Shown: positions 8,560-19,245 of the stretch, in pieces
Position numbering within the stretch: position 1 is the stretch's first letter
How the letters are laid out: each line of letters starts with the position of its first letter
Source of the DNA: Vicinamibacterales bacterium
GTDB taxonomy: Bacteria > Acidobacteriota > Vicinamibacteria > Vicinamibacterales > CAVVIG01
DNA: 64,000 nucleotides
Assembly (NCBI GenBank): GCA_035510155.1
Contig: DATKHR010000379.1
Span: 5,273-69,272, forward strand
Direction of reading: 5' to 3'
Position numbers and translations under genes: made by a program
The notes under the pieces: generated by a model
Databases searched by the model: none
The model's input: the letters and a program-made list of their open reading frames with translations, nothing else
Told to the model about the DNA's origin: nothing

Positions 8560-10083
8560 CTAGGCTGGCTCCGTCTCCTCATCGGCTCGACGCGAGGGCG
8601 CGATGCCGAACGCTTTCATCTTGCGGTACAAATTGCTGCGCTCGACGCCGAGGGCCTCCGCCGTGCGCGACATATTGCCCTGCTGCTCCGCCAGCGTCCG
8701 CAAGATGAGATCGCGCTCGAACCGGTCGCGCGCCTCGTGAAGCGTGAGCCGCTCGGCGCCCGTCTCAGGCACCGCCTGCGATGTATCAGCCGGGCTGCTC
8801 GAGTCGAGAAAGCTCAGGTCCGATGCCGCAATCCGATCCCCAGGCACCATGATCATGAGCCGCTCGATCACGTTGCGGAGCTCGCGGACATTGCCCGGCC
8901 ATGGGTATCGCTGAAGCGCGATCCGCGCGCCGGGCTCGAAGGTCTTGAGCCGCCGGCCGTCTTCCCGCGCGAGCTCCGACATGAAGTGATCGGCGAGGAT
9001 CGGAATGTCGTCCTGACGGTCCCTGAGCGGGGGCACGAAAATCGGAATGACATTGAGGCGGAAGTACAGGTCTTCGCGAAACTGCCCCGCGCGAATCTCC
9101 GACTGGAGGTCCTTATTCGTGGCCGCCAGTACGCGGGCGTCAACCTTGATGCGCGTGGTGCCGCCCACCGCCTCGAGCGTCTGCTCCTGCAGGACCCGCA
9201 GAACCTTCGCCTGTGTTTTCAAGCTCATGTCGCCGATCTCGTCGAGGAAGATGGTCCCTCCGTCCGCGGCCTCGAACTTGCCACGCCGATCCGCAACGGC
9301 TCCAGTGAACGCGCCGCGGACATGGCCGAACAGTTCGCTCTCGATGAGCTCTTCCGGAATGGCGGCGCAGTTGACTTCGACGAACGCGTGGTTGCGCCGC
9401 CGGCTCAGACCGTGAATGGTGCGGGCGACGAGCTCCTTGCCGGTGCCGTTCTCGCCGTAGATCAGCACGCGGCCGTTGGTCGGCGCCGCCATCGCCACCT
9501 GCTCCCGCAGCTGCCGCATGGCGTAGCTGTCCCCGACCATCGTCTGGGCGCGATCCACTTTCGCGCGCAGCGCGCGGTTCTCCTGCTCGAGGCGCCGCTG
9601 ATGGAGCGCGTTGCGGATGACCAGGACAGTCTTTTCCAGGGACAGCGGCTTCTCGACGAAATCGAACGCGCCCATTTTGATCGCCCGAACCGCCGACTCG
9701 ATATTGCCGTGGCCGGAGATGAGCACCACCTGGGCGTCCACCTGCCGTTCCCGCAGCCGCGCGAGCGTCGCGAGGCCGTCCATGCCCGGGAGCCATACGT
9801 CGAGCACGATAAGATCCACGGCGCCGCGCGTAACGCGCTCAAGGCACGCTTCGCCGCTCGACACGGCCTCGACGCCGTACCCTTCGTCGCGCAACACGCC
9901 GCTTAACGCGGACCGGACGCCGGGCTCGTCGTCAACGATGAGGATCGTGGGCTTCACTGGACCATCAACGGCGTGATCCGGGGCTTCGGATTCTGGATTT
10001 GGGGCGTGAGTCGGGATTCGGGATTCGGGATTCGTGCTCGCCGAAAGCTCGGAACCGACTGCCGAATCACTTGCGCTCCGCAA
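8560..10083 (-). CDS. sigma-54-dependent Fis-family response regulator (NtrC/NtrX-like)
   Basis: ORF as given. REC domain (ILIVDDEPGVR..LIVLDVWLPGMDG), AAA+ activator (GENGTGKE, GAFTGA, RVLAATN) and Fis HTH (NMSRTAEALGVERSNLYRKM). TTG 10083 has GGAGG 6 nt upstream, but codons 1-42 are encoded by repeat element A. An alternative in-frame GTG 9957 starts right at the REC domain. Confidence 0.85.
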   Translation of the reverse strand: MRSASDSAVGSELSASTNPESRIPTHAPNPESEAPDHAVDGPVKPTILIVDDEPGVRSALSGVLRDEGYGVEAVSSGEACLERVTRGAVDLIVLDVWLPGMDGLATLARLRERQVDAQVVLISGHGNIESAVRAIKMGAFDFVEKPLSLEKTVLVIRNALHQRRLEQENRALRAKVDRAQTMVGDSYAMRQLREQVAMAAPTNGRVLIYGENGTGKELVARTIHGLSRRRNHAFVEVNCAAIPEELIESELFGHVRGAFTGAVADRRGKFEAADGGTIFLDEIGDMSLKTQAKVLRVLQEQTLEAVGGTTRIKVDARVLAATNKDLQSEIRAGQFREDLYFRLNVIPIFVPPLRDRQDDIPILADHFMSELAREDGRRLKTFEPGARIALQRYPWPGNVRELRNVIERLMIMVPGDRIAASDLSFLDSSSPADTSQAVPETGAERLTLHEARDRFERDLILRTLAEQQGNMSRTAEALGVERSNLYRKMKAFGIAPSRRADEETEPA

Positions 10084-10186
10084 TCCTCGCCTCCCCGCTC
10101 ACGAGTCCCAATCCCCGATGACGAATCACGAATCCATCCGAATCCCCAACCCCAATCCCGAATCCCGAACCCCGAATCCGGACTGC
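9973..10186. repeat. heptamer-periodic inverted repeat element A (GGGATTC-type arm, about 63-nt spacer, GAATCCC-type arm)
   Basis: Read directly. Positions 9973-10036 carry tandem GGATTCG/TCGGGAT-like 7-mers. Positions 10100-10186 carry the complementary CGAATCC/GAATCCC-like 7-mers. The element abuts the kinase stop at 10187. Confidence 0.85.
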
Positions 10187-12508
10187 CTAGCAAGGTAACT
10201 CAATCGTGAACCGCGTCCCGTGTGGCGCGTTGCCCCCCACGTCGATATTTCCCCCGTGCTCGGCGATGATCCGTCGGACGATGGCCAAACCCAGGCCGCT
10301 GCCGCGCCGCTTGGTCGAATAGTACGGCAGGAACAGCTTCTCGCGCTCTGCCGGGGGGATCCCGGGCCCGTCATCGGACACCATGACGCGAACGATCGCA
10401 TTCGACGGATCGAGCTCGGTTTCGACCAGGATTTCGCCGCGCCGCTCCATCGCCTCGATCGCGTTGTCCACGAGATTGATGACGACGCGGCGGATCTGTT
10501 CGGGATCCAGTCGAACCAGCGGCACGTCCGGAGCGAAGCGCCGATCGATGTGCACGTCGGCAAAAATCCCGTCGTAGAGCGCCACGGTGTCCGTGATGAG
10601 CTGCGCGAGATCGGTCGGCACCGTCCGGGGCGACGGCATACGTGCGAACTGCGAGAATTCGTCGACGAGCCCTTTGAGCGACTCCACCTCGCCGACGATC
10701 GTCGACGTGCATTCGTCGACGAGCGCGCGCGCCTGGGCGGACGCACCGGAGAAATGGCGCCGCAAGCGCTCGGCGGACAGCTGGATGGGCGTCAGCGGGT
10801 TCTTGATCTCGTGCGCGAGCCGCCGCGCGACCTCGCGCCACGCGGCGACCTTCTGCGCGCGGATGAGCGGCGTGACATCGTCGAGCACGACGACCACACC
10901 GTCAGGCGTGCCGCTGTCGCCTGAGAGCACTGTCGCCGCGACAGCGAGGTGCCGTTCCTGCCCCTCACACGGGATCGCAAACTCGTGGGCCGCGGATTCC
11001 GACTTGCCGCGCGATGCAGCCGCCACGAGCTTGAGCAGCGGTTGAAGGTCCGGGCGATCGAGCACGACCATCGCCGGCTGGCCGATGATCTCCCGGTTCA
11101 GCCCCAGCAGCCGCGCGGCGGAACTGTTGATCGTCGTGATGGCCCCTGCCGCATCGAGCGACACGACGCCGGTGGAAATACGCTCCAGGATCGTCTCGAT
11201 GTAGCGGCGGCGCCCTTCGACCTCGACGTGCTTGCGCTCGAGGGCGATCGTGCCGCGCTCGATGCGGCGCCGGCTGGTCGCGAGCTCGCGTGCCATGGCG
11301 TTGAACGCTTCGACGAGCGCGCCGAACTCGTCGTTGCTCTGCGGCTCCACGCGCTGGTCGAGCCGCCCCGCGCCGATTTCGCGGGCCGCGGCCGCCAGGG
11401 CCTGCACGGGTCTGGTGATCCGCTTCGCGATGTAGAGACCCATCCACGTCGCGCCCACGAGGATGAGCAAGGTGGTCATGAGGAAGAACGAGAGATAGAC
11501 GCCGGTCAGCGGCCGCTTCAGCACGCGCAACTGGTTGTAGTTCTCGAACGCCTGTGTCATCCGCCTGGAACGCGTCACCAGGTCGCCTTTGAGGTAGTCC
11601 GTGATCACGACGACGCCCGTGGCCTGGCCGCCCGGTGACACGATGGCGGCCGCGGCATGCAGTAAATCGCCGCCGTCACCCAAAGGCTCGATGGATCGGG
11701 TCACCGGCCGCGCGGAAGGGGCTCCCGGCGCGGTCGACGCCGCGTCGAGCGCCTGCGCCGCGAGGCGGTCCGCCGCCACGCGGCTGTAGCCGGGCGGCAA
11801 CGCCGGGGCTGCCACGTCCACTACTGGCTCCAGATGTTTCGCCGACCCCGATCTCGACGCGACCCGATAGACGTCGACCATCTGGACGCTTTGTGATGCC
11901 ACATCGGGGGTGAGCCGATCGCGGATCAGTCGAAGATCACTTGCCGCCAAATCGGCGGGTGCCAGAGAACGGGCGATGCGTGCTGCCTGATCGCTCAAGA
12001 CGCTCTGACGGTCCGCGTAGTAGTCAGCCGCGATCTTGTTCGCCGACGAGAGAATCTCGTCCATCGGCGCGTTGAACCACCGGTCGACGCTGGTGCGAAT
12101 CAGCTCGCTTCCGACGATGAGCACGAGTACTGCCGGAACGAGCGTCATGCCGAGCAGCAGGACAACCAGCTTTGCACGAAAACGGGCGAACGGCAGCGCC
12201 TGCCGTCGCTCGACGAACAGCTTGACGATGTTGCGCGCCAGCACGAATACGAGCGCAGCCAGCATCGTGAGGTCAGCCGCTGAGAGGCCGTACAGAACGA
12301 ACTCGCCCAGGAAGTCAAAAGAGAACCGGGACGAGTTGGCGGTCGCGAGGAGCGTGACGAGCAGCAGCAGCAGGATGACGATGCCGGCGAAGATCAGGCG
12401 GGGATTGTCGCGGAACGGACGTCGGCGCGGGCGGCCGACATCCGCGGATCCACCCGCCTCTGCCCGAGTGGCCATGGTCGCGCTGACGGGCATCGCTGGT
12501 TCAGCCAT
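10187..12508 (-). CDS. ntrY: NtrY-like sensor histidine kinase (TM-HAMP-PAS-HisKA-HATPase)
   Basis: ORF as given, 773 aa. N-terminal TM segments, HAMP-like region, PAS, H-box RRLAHEIKNPLTPIQLSAERL, and HATPase motifs DDGPGIP and GSGLGLAIV. Confidence 0.75.
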   Translation of the reverse strand: MAEPAMPVSATMATRAEAGGSADVGRPRRRPFRDNPRLIFAGIVILLLLLVTLLATANSSRFSFDFLGEFVLYGLSAADLTMLAALVFVLARNIVKLFVERRQALPFARFRAKLVVLLLGMTLVPAVLVLIVGSELIRTSVDRWFNAPMDEILSSANKIAADYYADRQSVLSDQAARIARSLAPADLAASDLRLIRDRLTPDVASQSVQMVDVYRVASRSGSAKHLEPVVDVAAPALPPGYSRVAADRLAAQALDAASTAPGAPSARPVTRSIEPLGDGGDLLHAAAAIVSPGGQATGVVVITDYLKGDLVTRSRRMTQAFENYNQLRVLKRPLTGVYLSFFLMTTLLILVGATWMGLYIAKRITRPVQALAAAAREIGAGRLDQRVEPQSNDEFGALVEAFNAMARELATSRRRIERGTIALERKHVEVEGRRRYIETILERISTGVVSLDAAGAITTINSSAARLLGLNREIIGQPAMVVLDRPDLQPLLKLVAAASRGKSESAAHEFAIPCEGQERHLAVAATVLSGDSGTPDGVVVVLDDVTPLIRAQKVAAWREVARRLAHEIKNPLTPIQLSAERLRRHFSGASAQARALVDECTSTIVGEVESLKGLVDEFSQFARMPSPRTVPTDLAQLITDTVALYDGIFADVHIDRRFAPDVPLVRLDPEQIRRVVINLVDNAIEAMERRGEILVETELDPSNAIVRVMVSDDGPGIPPAEREKLFLPYYSTKRRGSGLGLAIVRRIIAEHGGNIDVGGNAPHGTRFTIELPC

Positions 12509-12514
12509 GACGGT

Positions 12515-12976
12515 TCATGGCTCCTTCGGATTCAACAGATCCTTCAGCTCGTTCGCAAACTCGTTGATGTCACGGAAATGGCGGTATACGGACGCAAAGC
12601 GGACGTACGCCACCTTGTCGAGGCGCTTGAGCTCCTCCATCACGAACTGACCGATCTCGACCGTCGCAATCTCCTTCTCCGGCCGCTCCTGCAGCGTTGC
12701 TTCCACCCGGTCCGCGAGCCCTTCGAGCGCGGCAACGCTGACTGGCCGTTTCTCGCACGCCTTCAGCAGCCCGGCGACGAGCTTCTGCCGCTCGAAACGC
12801 TCGCGCGTGCCGTCCTTCTTCACGACCATGTATGGAATCTCGTCGATCCGCTCGTAGCTCGTGAATCGTTTGCCGCATTCGAGGCATTCGCGGCGGCGGC
12901 GGATGACCTCGCCTTCCTTCGACTCGCGTGAATCGACGACCTTGTCGCCAAGGTGCGCGCAGTATGGGCACTTCAT
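12515..12976 (-). CDS. nrdR: transcriptional repressor NrdR
   Basis: ORF as given, 153 aa. [18 protein letters not shown] zinc ribbon plus an ATP-cone. Confidence 0.95.
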   Translation of the reverse strand: MKCPYCAHLGDKVVDSRESKEGEVIRRRRECLECGKRFTSYERIDEIPYMVVKKDGTRERFERQKLVAGLLKACEKRPVSVAALEGLADRVEATLQERPEKEIATVEIGQFVMEELKRLDKVAYVRFASVYRHFRDINEFANELKDLLNPKEP

Positions 12977-12980
12977 ATGA

Positions 12981-14021
12981 TCACGCGGTGTGTCCCTGCT
13001 CGGCCTGACCGGCCAACCGGCGCATGCCCGCGATGTTCAGCCCCTCTTGAGCGGCGAACAGCAGCCCGAGCAACAGCGCGGGGCCGATCGTGAACACGTG
13101 GAGCACGATGGCCGCGCCAACCGCAGCATCGTCGGGCGCGCCGAAAAAGGCGACCGCGCCGTACCGGAATGCGGCATGAAACCCCCCAACCGCACCGGGC
13201 GTCGGCACCGCGACACCGAGGACGAGCAGGCCAATCAGGAGAAACGTGCCGGTGAACGGCATCGCAATTTGAAATGCCACGGCCCCGGCCCAAAGCCCAG
13301 CGGCGATGGATAGCCAGAGGGGAACGGACCATGCGAGGGCGACCATCAGGCGACCTGGGCGCCGGATGGCTCCCAGGCCGCGAGCAAATTTTTCCGCGAT
13401 GCGGGCGATCAGGCCGGCGAGCGTCGACGGCAGCACCTTCTCGAGGCGCTCCATCGTCCGTCGAAGCCGTTCGGGATCCCCGGCCAGAACGAACAGCACG
13501 ACGAGCGCGCCAATCGCGCCGGCGGCGGCAACAGCGCCGGTCCACTTCAGGCCGGCGAACATCAGCGGATTCGTACGGCCGAGGTCGCGTCCGAACACGA
13601 ACACGTAGGATGCCAGCAGCCCGAGCACGGTCAGGACGTCGAGAAGCCGCTCGAGAATGATCGTGGCAAACGCCCCGGTGGCGGTCATCCGGTTCGAGCG
13701 CTTTTCGCGTCGCGCGAGAAAATACGGGCGAATGACCTCACCAGCCCTGGCGGGCAAAAGACTGCTCGCCGCAAACCCGACCGCAGTTGCGCGGAAGGCG
13801 CTGCCAAATGTGGTCGGGCCCAGCGGATCGAGCAAGTACCGCCACCTGAGTGATCGGATCGCCAGATTGGCGAACATCGTGCTCAGCGAGAGCGCCAGCC
13901 ACTCCGGCCGCGCGCGCAGAATGTCCACGGCCACACGCCAGAGGTCGACGTTGCGCAGAAACAGCGCGACGAGGCCGATGGCCACGGCGAGCACGATGGC
14001 GCTGCGGACGTACGATCGCAT
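12981..14021 (-). CDS. flippase-like / lysylphosphatidylglycerol-synthase TM-region family membrane protein
   Basis: ORF as given, 346 aa, polytopic. Contains [26 protein letters not shown], typical of the UPF0104/flippase-like family. Confidence 0.65.
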   Translation of the reverse strand: MRSYVRSAIVLAVAIGLVALFLRNVDLWRVAVDILRARPEWLALSLSTMFANLAIRSLRWRYLLDPLGPTTFGSAFRATAVGFAASSLLPARAGEVIRPYFLARREKRSNRMTATGAFATIILERLLDVLTVLGLLASYVFVFGRDLGRTNPLMFAGLKWTGAVAAAGAIGALVVLFVLAGDPERLRRTMERLEKVLPSTLAGLIARIAEKFARGLGAIRRPGRLMVALAWSVPLWLSIAAGLWAGAVAFQIAMPFTGTFLLIGLLVLGVAVPTPGAVGGFHAAFRYGAVAFFGAPDDAAVGAAIVLHVFTIGPALLLGLLFAAQEGLNIAGMRRLAGQAEQGHTA

Positions 14022-14121
14022 CTGACTTGAGCGCCTCTTACTATACCGCCCCTACATGTTGTTGTTGTCCCGTGACGCGCCCAGCCTGTAAGATCCGGAG
14101 CTTTCCCAAAAACAGAGGAAC

Positions 14122-15024
14122 TTGTTGTCGCTCGCCCCGCCCGTCCTCCAAACGACGCTTGGCCGCCGTCGACCCGATCGACAGGGCAAGGTCCGCGACA
14201 TCTATGACTTCGGCGACCGACTCGTCATCGTCGCGACGGATCGCATCTCCGCCTTCGACTATGTGCTTGGGTCGGGCATTCCCGATAAGGGGCGGGTCCT
14301 GTCGCAAATCTCGGCGTTCTGGTTCAACCGAACCCGCGGGATCGTCAGCAATCACATGCTCTCGACGGACCCGTCCGACTTTCCAGCGGAAGCGAGAGAA
14401 GCTGAAAGCGCGATCCGGGGGCGATCGATGCTCGTCGCGCGCACGGAGCCTCTCCCAATCGAATGCGTCGCCCGGGGTTATCTGTCCGGCTCGGGGTGGA
14501 GGGATTACGTCTCCACCGGCGCGGTCTGCGGCCACGCCTTGCCTCCCGGTCTGCGCGAGTCCGAGCGGTTGCCCTGCCCGATCTTCACGCCCGCGACCAA
14601 GGCACACAGCGGACACGACGTCAACATTACGGAGGATCGCGCCGCGGAGATCGTCGGCCGACCCGTGGTCGAGCGCGTCCGCGACCTCACGCTTCGGCTT
14701 TACGCCGAAGGGTCCGCACACGCTCAATCACGCGGCATCATCGTGGCCGACACCAAATTCGAGTTCGGCCTGCTCCCCGATGGCGGACTCATCCTGATCG
14801 ACGAAGCGCTGACGCCAGACTCCTCGCGCTTCTGGCCGGCGGACGCGTACGCCGTAGGCGGGCCCCAACCGAGCTTCGACAAACAGTTCGTGCGCGACTA
14901 CCTCGAGGACATCCGCTGGAACAAGCTGCCGCCGGTCCCCTCGCTCCCCGAGGAGGTTGTCAACCGAACGCGCGCGAAGTACCTCGAAGCGTTTTGCCGC
15001 TTGACCGGTCAGGAGCTCGCGTGA
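14122..15024 (+). CDS. purC: phosphoribosylaminoimidazole-succinocarboxamide synthase
   Basis: ORF as given (TTG start), 300 aa. SAICAR synthase motifs GKVRDIYDFGDRLVIVATDRISAFD and IVADTKFEFG. Confidence 0.9.
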   Translation: MLSLAPPVLQTTLGRRRPDRQGKVRDIYDFGDRLVIVATDRISAFDYVLGSGIPDKGRVLSQISAFWFNRTRGIVSNHMLSTDPSDFPAEAREAESAIRGRSMLVARTEPLPIECVARGYLSGSGWRDYVSTGAVCGHALPPGLRESERLPCPIFTPATKAHSGHDVNITEDRAAEIVGRPVVERVRDLTLRLYAEGSAHAQSRGIIVADTKFEFGLLPDGGLILIDEALTPDSSRFWPADAYAVGGPQPSFDKQFVRDYLEDIRWNKLPPVPSLPEEVVNRTRAKYLEAFCRLTGQELA

Positions 15025-15236
15025 TCGCCGACAGACTCGAAAAGCTGGTCGAGGAAATGGTCGACCGCGGGGTGCAGTTCAACGATGCGGTCCGCGAGTT
15101 CGAGAAGCGCTTCATCGCGCGCGTGCTCGGCCAGTGCGACGGCAGCTTGACAAAAGCCGCCTGCACGCTCGGCATCCATCGCAATACGCTCACGCGCAAG
15201 ATGGAGGAATACAAGATCAAAAAACGGGCAGGATAG
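15021..15236 (+). CDS. small Fis-type helix-turn-helix DNA-binding protein
   Basis: Tail of ORF 14463..15236(+) from GTG 15021, a GTGA overlap with the purC stop. Sequence VIADRLEKLVEEMV..GSLTKAACTLGIHRNTLTRKMEEYKI. Confidence 0.65.
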   Translation: MIADRLEKLVEEMVDRGVQFNDAVREFEKRFIARVLGQCDGSLTKAACTLGIHRNTLTRKMEEYKIKKRAG

Positions 15237-15310
15237 GCGGGACTGGCAGGAGAGGCGGGAAAGGCCGGAGGGCGCCCTGCCGTAGCCGCTATCCCGGCCC
15301 TTCGTCCCCG

Positions 15311-15337
15311 CTAGCACTCGACGATTGACACTGCTAG
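15311..15337 (+). promoter_or_regulatory. CIRCE-like HrcA operator 1 (imperfect)
   Basis: CTAGCACTC-N9-CACTGCTAG compared with consensus TTAGCACTC-N9-GAGTGCTAA. It overlaps the -35 of the groES promoter. Confidence 0.6.
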
Positions 15338-15353
15338 GAGTCCCTACTATAGT
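15325..15353 (+). promoter_or_regulatory. sigma-70-type promoter of groES-groEL
   Basis: TTGACA (15325-15330), a 17-nt spacer, then TATAGT (15348-15353), about 80 nt upstream of the groES ATG. Confidence 0.65.
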
Positions 15354-15379
15354 TAGCAGTCGTTCTGCATGACTGCTAA
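15353..15379 (+). promoter_or_regulatory. CIRCE-like HrcA operator 2 (perfect inverted repeat)
   Basis: TTAGCAGTC-N9-GACTGCTAA. This is the consensus with a compensated C/G swap. It starts at the last base of the -10 and covers the expected transcription start. Confidence 0.75.
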
Positions 15380-15433
15380 CCTCGCAGCCTAACAGTTATT
15401 GGGAAACTTCTCTCGACAGACGGAGTAGACAGC

Positions 15434-15745
15434 ATGAACGTCAGACCGCTTCACGACCGCATCATCGTGCAACGACTCGAAGAAGGGGAACAGAAGATTG
15501 GCGGAATCATCATCCCCGACACCGCCAAGGAAAAGCCCCAGCAAGGCAAAGTCATTGCCGCCGGCAACGGCAAGGCGAAAGACGACGGCAAGCGCATCCC
15601 GCTCGACGTGAAAGCGGGCGACACCATCCTGTTCGGCAAGTACTCCGGGCAGGAAATCAAGATTGACGGCGAGGAGTACCTCATCATGCGCGAAGACGAG
15701 GTCCTGGCCGTGGTGGAGAGCGGCGACACCAAGAAGAAAAAGTAG
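15434..15745 (+). CDS. groES: co-chaperonin GroES
   Basis: ORF as given, 103 aa: [40 protein letters not shown]. Confidence 0.97.
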   Translation: MNVRPLHDRIIVQRLEEGEQKIGGIIIPDTAKEKPQQGKVIAAGNGKAKDDGKRIPLDVKAGDTILFGKYSGQEIKIDGEEYLIMREDEVLAVVESGDTKKKK

Positions 15746-15795
15746 CCGCCGGCGTCGGCCTGATGGCTACCGGCGGGATCACGGCTCAGAGCTGA

Positions 15796-17457
<1,662 letters not shown>

Positions 17458-17507
17458 GTCGGAACCCTCCGAAGTCGGAGTTCACGCTCCGGGATTTCGT
17501 GACTTCA

Positions 17508-17544
17508 GGCCCGGCAGGAGCGATCCTGGCCGGGCCTTCGTTTT
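17508..17544 (+). terminator. intrinsic terminator after groEL
   Basis: Stem GGCCCGGC (17508-17515) pairs with GCCGGGCC (17529-17536), followed by TTCGTTTT. It lies between the convergent groEL and tonB genes. Confidence 0.6.
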
Positions 17545-17607
17545 CGGGCCGATTCCAGAATCGTTCGTCCAGCTCAGTCGCTCGTGCGCGCCCGCTTCGA
17601 GGGGTTC

Positions 17608-18579
17608 TCAGCGCAACGTGAAGGTAAGCTCGATGGAGATCACGACGGACACGGGTTCGCCCATGCGCGTGCCTGGCACGAAGCGCCACCCCTTGGCGGC
17701 TTTGATGGCCTCTTGATCGAGACCGAACGTGGAATCGAGCGACCGCGTGACCTGGATGTCGCCGACGGTCCCATCGGGGCGCACCACGCATTCGAGGACG
17801 ACGATGCCTTGCACTTTGGCGCGCATCGCATCGGACGTGTAGTTCGGGCGGACCTCCTTGAGCACGCGCGGAACCGTCACGCCGTTTCCCGGCCGATAGA
17901 CCCCGCCGCCCGTCCCGCCTCCGCTGCCCGGACCAAGGCCCGATCCGGTGCCGGGACCGATGCCCGTGCCGCTGCCCGTGCCGGCGCCTCCCCCTGAGCC
18001 CGATCCCTGCGACAAGGTCGGTGGCCCAGGTGGTGCCTCGATCGCGCCGAGGAGCGCCTCCTGCCCGACCGCCAACGGCTTGGCGGGAATATTCAGCTGT
18101 GCCACCGGCGGGGGCAGGTCGTTCTTCGGCACCTGCTCTTCAAGCTTCGGCGGCTTCTGCACGGGAACAGTGATCTTGTCCTTGCCGGGCATCTCCGCCT
18201 TGCGCGGCGGCTCTTTCATCTGGTTGCCACCGCCACCACCGCCGCCGCCCGGCCCAGGCTCCGACAGCCAGATGATGTTCGTGTTCGGAGTCTCGGGTAG
18301 TACCGCGGCGACGTTGTACGGTTTGACGGGGAGACGGCTCGCCCAGATGAGCAGCCCGGCGAACAGCACGTCGAACGTCAGCGACGCGGCGAGCGACACG
18401 GTCAGGCGCTTGGGCTCCTGGTCAAAGAGAAACGGCACCTCGGCGGGGTGGGCGCCTTCGACGTGGACGGACAGGTGCCCTGCGGAAGCGTTGGGCTGCA
18501 CATCCGGCGACTGGGGTACAGACTGGGATCGATCGTCCATTGGGAACGAACTTGGGCTTACAGAAATATTCTCCCGCAC
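17608..18579 (-). CDS. energy transducer TonB family protein
   Basis: ORF as given (GTG start; alternative ATG 18540). N-terminal anchor, P- and G-rich linker, and C-terminal TonB domain PNYTSDAMRAKVQGIVVLECVVRPDGTV..ISIELTFTLR. Confidence 0.8.
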   Translation of the reverse strand: MRENISVSPSSFPMDDRSQSVPQSPDVQPNASAGHLSVHVEGAHPAEVPFLFDQEPKRLTVSLAASLTFDVLFAGLLIWASRLPVKPYNVAAVLPETPNTNIIWLSEPGPGGGGGGGGNQMKEPPRKAEMPGKDKITVPVQKPPKLEEQVPKNDLPPPVAQLNIPAKPLAVGQEALLGAIEAPPGPPTLSQGSGSGGGAGTGSGTGIGPGTGSGLGPGSGGGTGGGVYRPGNGVTVPRVLKEVRPNYTSDAMRAKVQGIVVLECVVRPDGTVGDIQVTRSLDSTFGLDQEAIKAAKGWRFVPGTRMGEPVSVVISIELTFTLR

Positions 18580-18656
18580 AGGGTCGCGGGAGGCAACTGC
18601 AAAAGCAATGCCTCCAATCTCTGGCTTAGGGAGTCGGCTTCGTGGGAGTAGAGGAA

Positions 18657-19115
18657 CTAGACCCGTCCGGTCCAGGCACCAATTGCGGCGTTGCCGCCAC
18701 CGTACGAGTGCAGGATGGCCAGGGCATCGGCGGCCCGCGGCTCGGATCTGATCGCCACGAGCACACCGCCCCGCCCGACCAGCGTTTCGAAGATCCGGCC
18801 GTCATGCGGCTGAAAGCCGACACGACGCATCGCCGCTGCAAGGCCCAGCTTCGACAGGTCCTGCGACACGCCTTGTAACGCGCCGAGCAGCCGGCCCCGC
18901 CCGATTACAGCGCCCACACCAGCCAATTCGAACCGGTCACCAGCGTTGCCGAAGGTGCTCTCCAGCAACCGAGCGGACTCGGGGCTCTCCTTGGCGAGCA
19001 GTGACAGCGCTTCCTTCGGGAATCCTCCCTTCTTGAGCGCGTCGATCGCCTTCCCCGCCCAAGCGGCGTCCTGAAACACTGCAACCGTGAAGAGACCGCT
19101 CTCGACGTCAATCAT
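18657..19115 (-). CDS. hypothetical protein (two short alpha/beta modules resembling general-stress YflT/DUF1269-type domains)
   Basis: ORF 18657..19259(-) trimmed to ATG 19115 (MIDVESGLFTVAVFQD). The 48 upstream codons are encoded by repeat element B. The functional assignment is weak. Confidence 0.45.
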   Translation of the reverse strand: MIDVESGLFTVAVFQDAAWAGKAIDALKKGGFPKEALSLLAKESPESARLLESTFGNAGDRFELAGVGAVIGRGRLLGALQGVSQDLSKLGLAAAMRRVGFQPHDGRIFETLVGRGGVLVAIRSEPRAADALAILHSYGGGNAAIGAWTGRV

Positions 19116-19117
19116 GC

Positions 19118-19227
19118 TCCTGGCTCGCTTCTCGTTGCTCCGGGCTCGCGGCTCGCTTCTCGTGGCTCGTAGCTCGTGGCTGGCGGCTCGTTCGAGTCCC
19201 GAGCTACGAGTCCCGAGTCCCGAGTTG
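19118..19227. repeat. heptamer-periodic inverted repeat element B (TCGNNGC-type arm followed by AGTCCCG-type arm)
   Basis: Read directly. A strict 7-nt phase runs over about 10 units, then switches to complementary units. By hand pairing, 19159-19190 pairs with 19193-19224 (23 WC + 4 GU of 32). Confidence 0.85.
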
Positions 19228-19245
19228 CGAAGATAATCTATCACG

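Noticed and set aside
9973-10186. CRISPR array interpretation of the repeat loci
   Set aside because: The units are 7 nt and contiguous, with no spacers. The arrays are paired with their own reverse complement. No cas genes are in the window.
9954-10209. 79-aa (minus) and 78-aa (plus) ORFs across element A, and similar ORFs across element C (51782..52207, 51789..52223, 51541..52035)
   Set aside because: They are open only because the heptamer units lack stop codons in all frames. The products are periodic low-complexity peptides.
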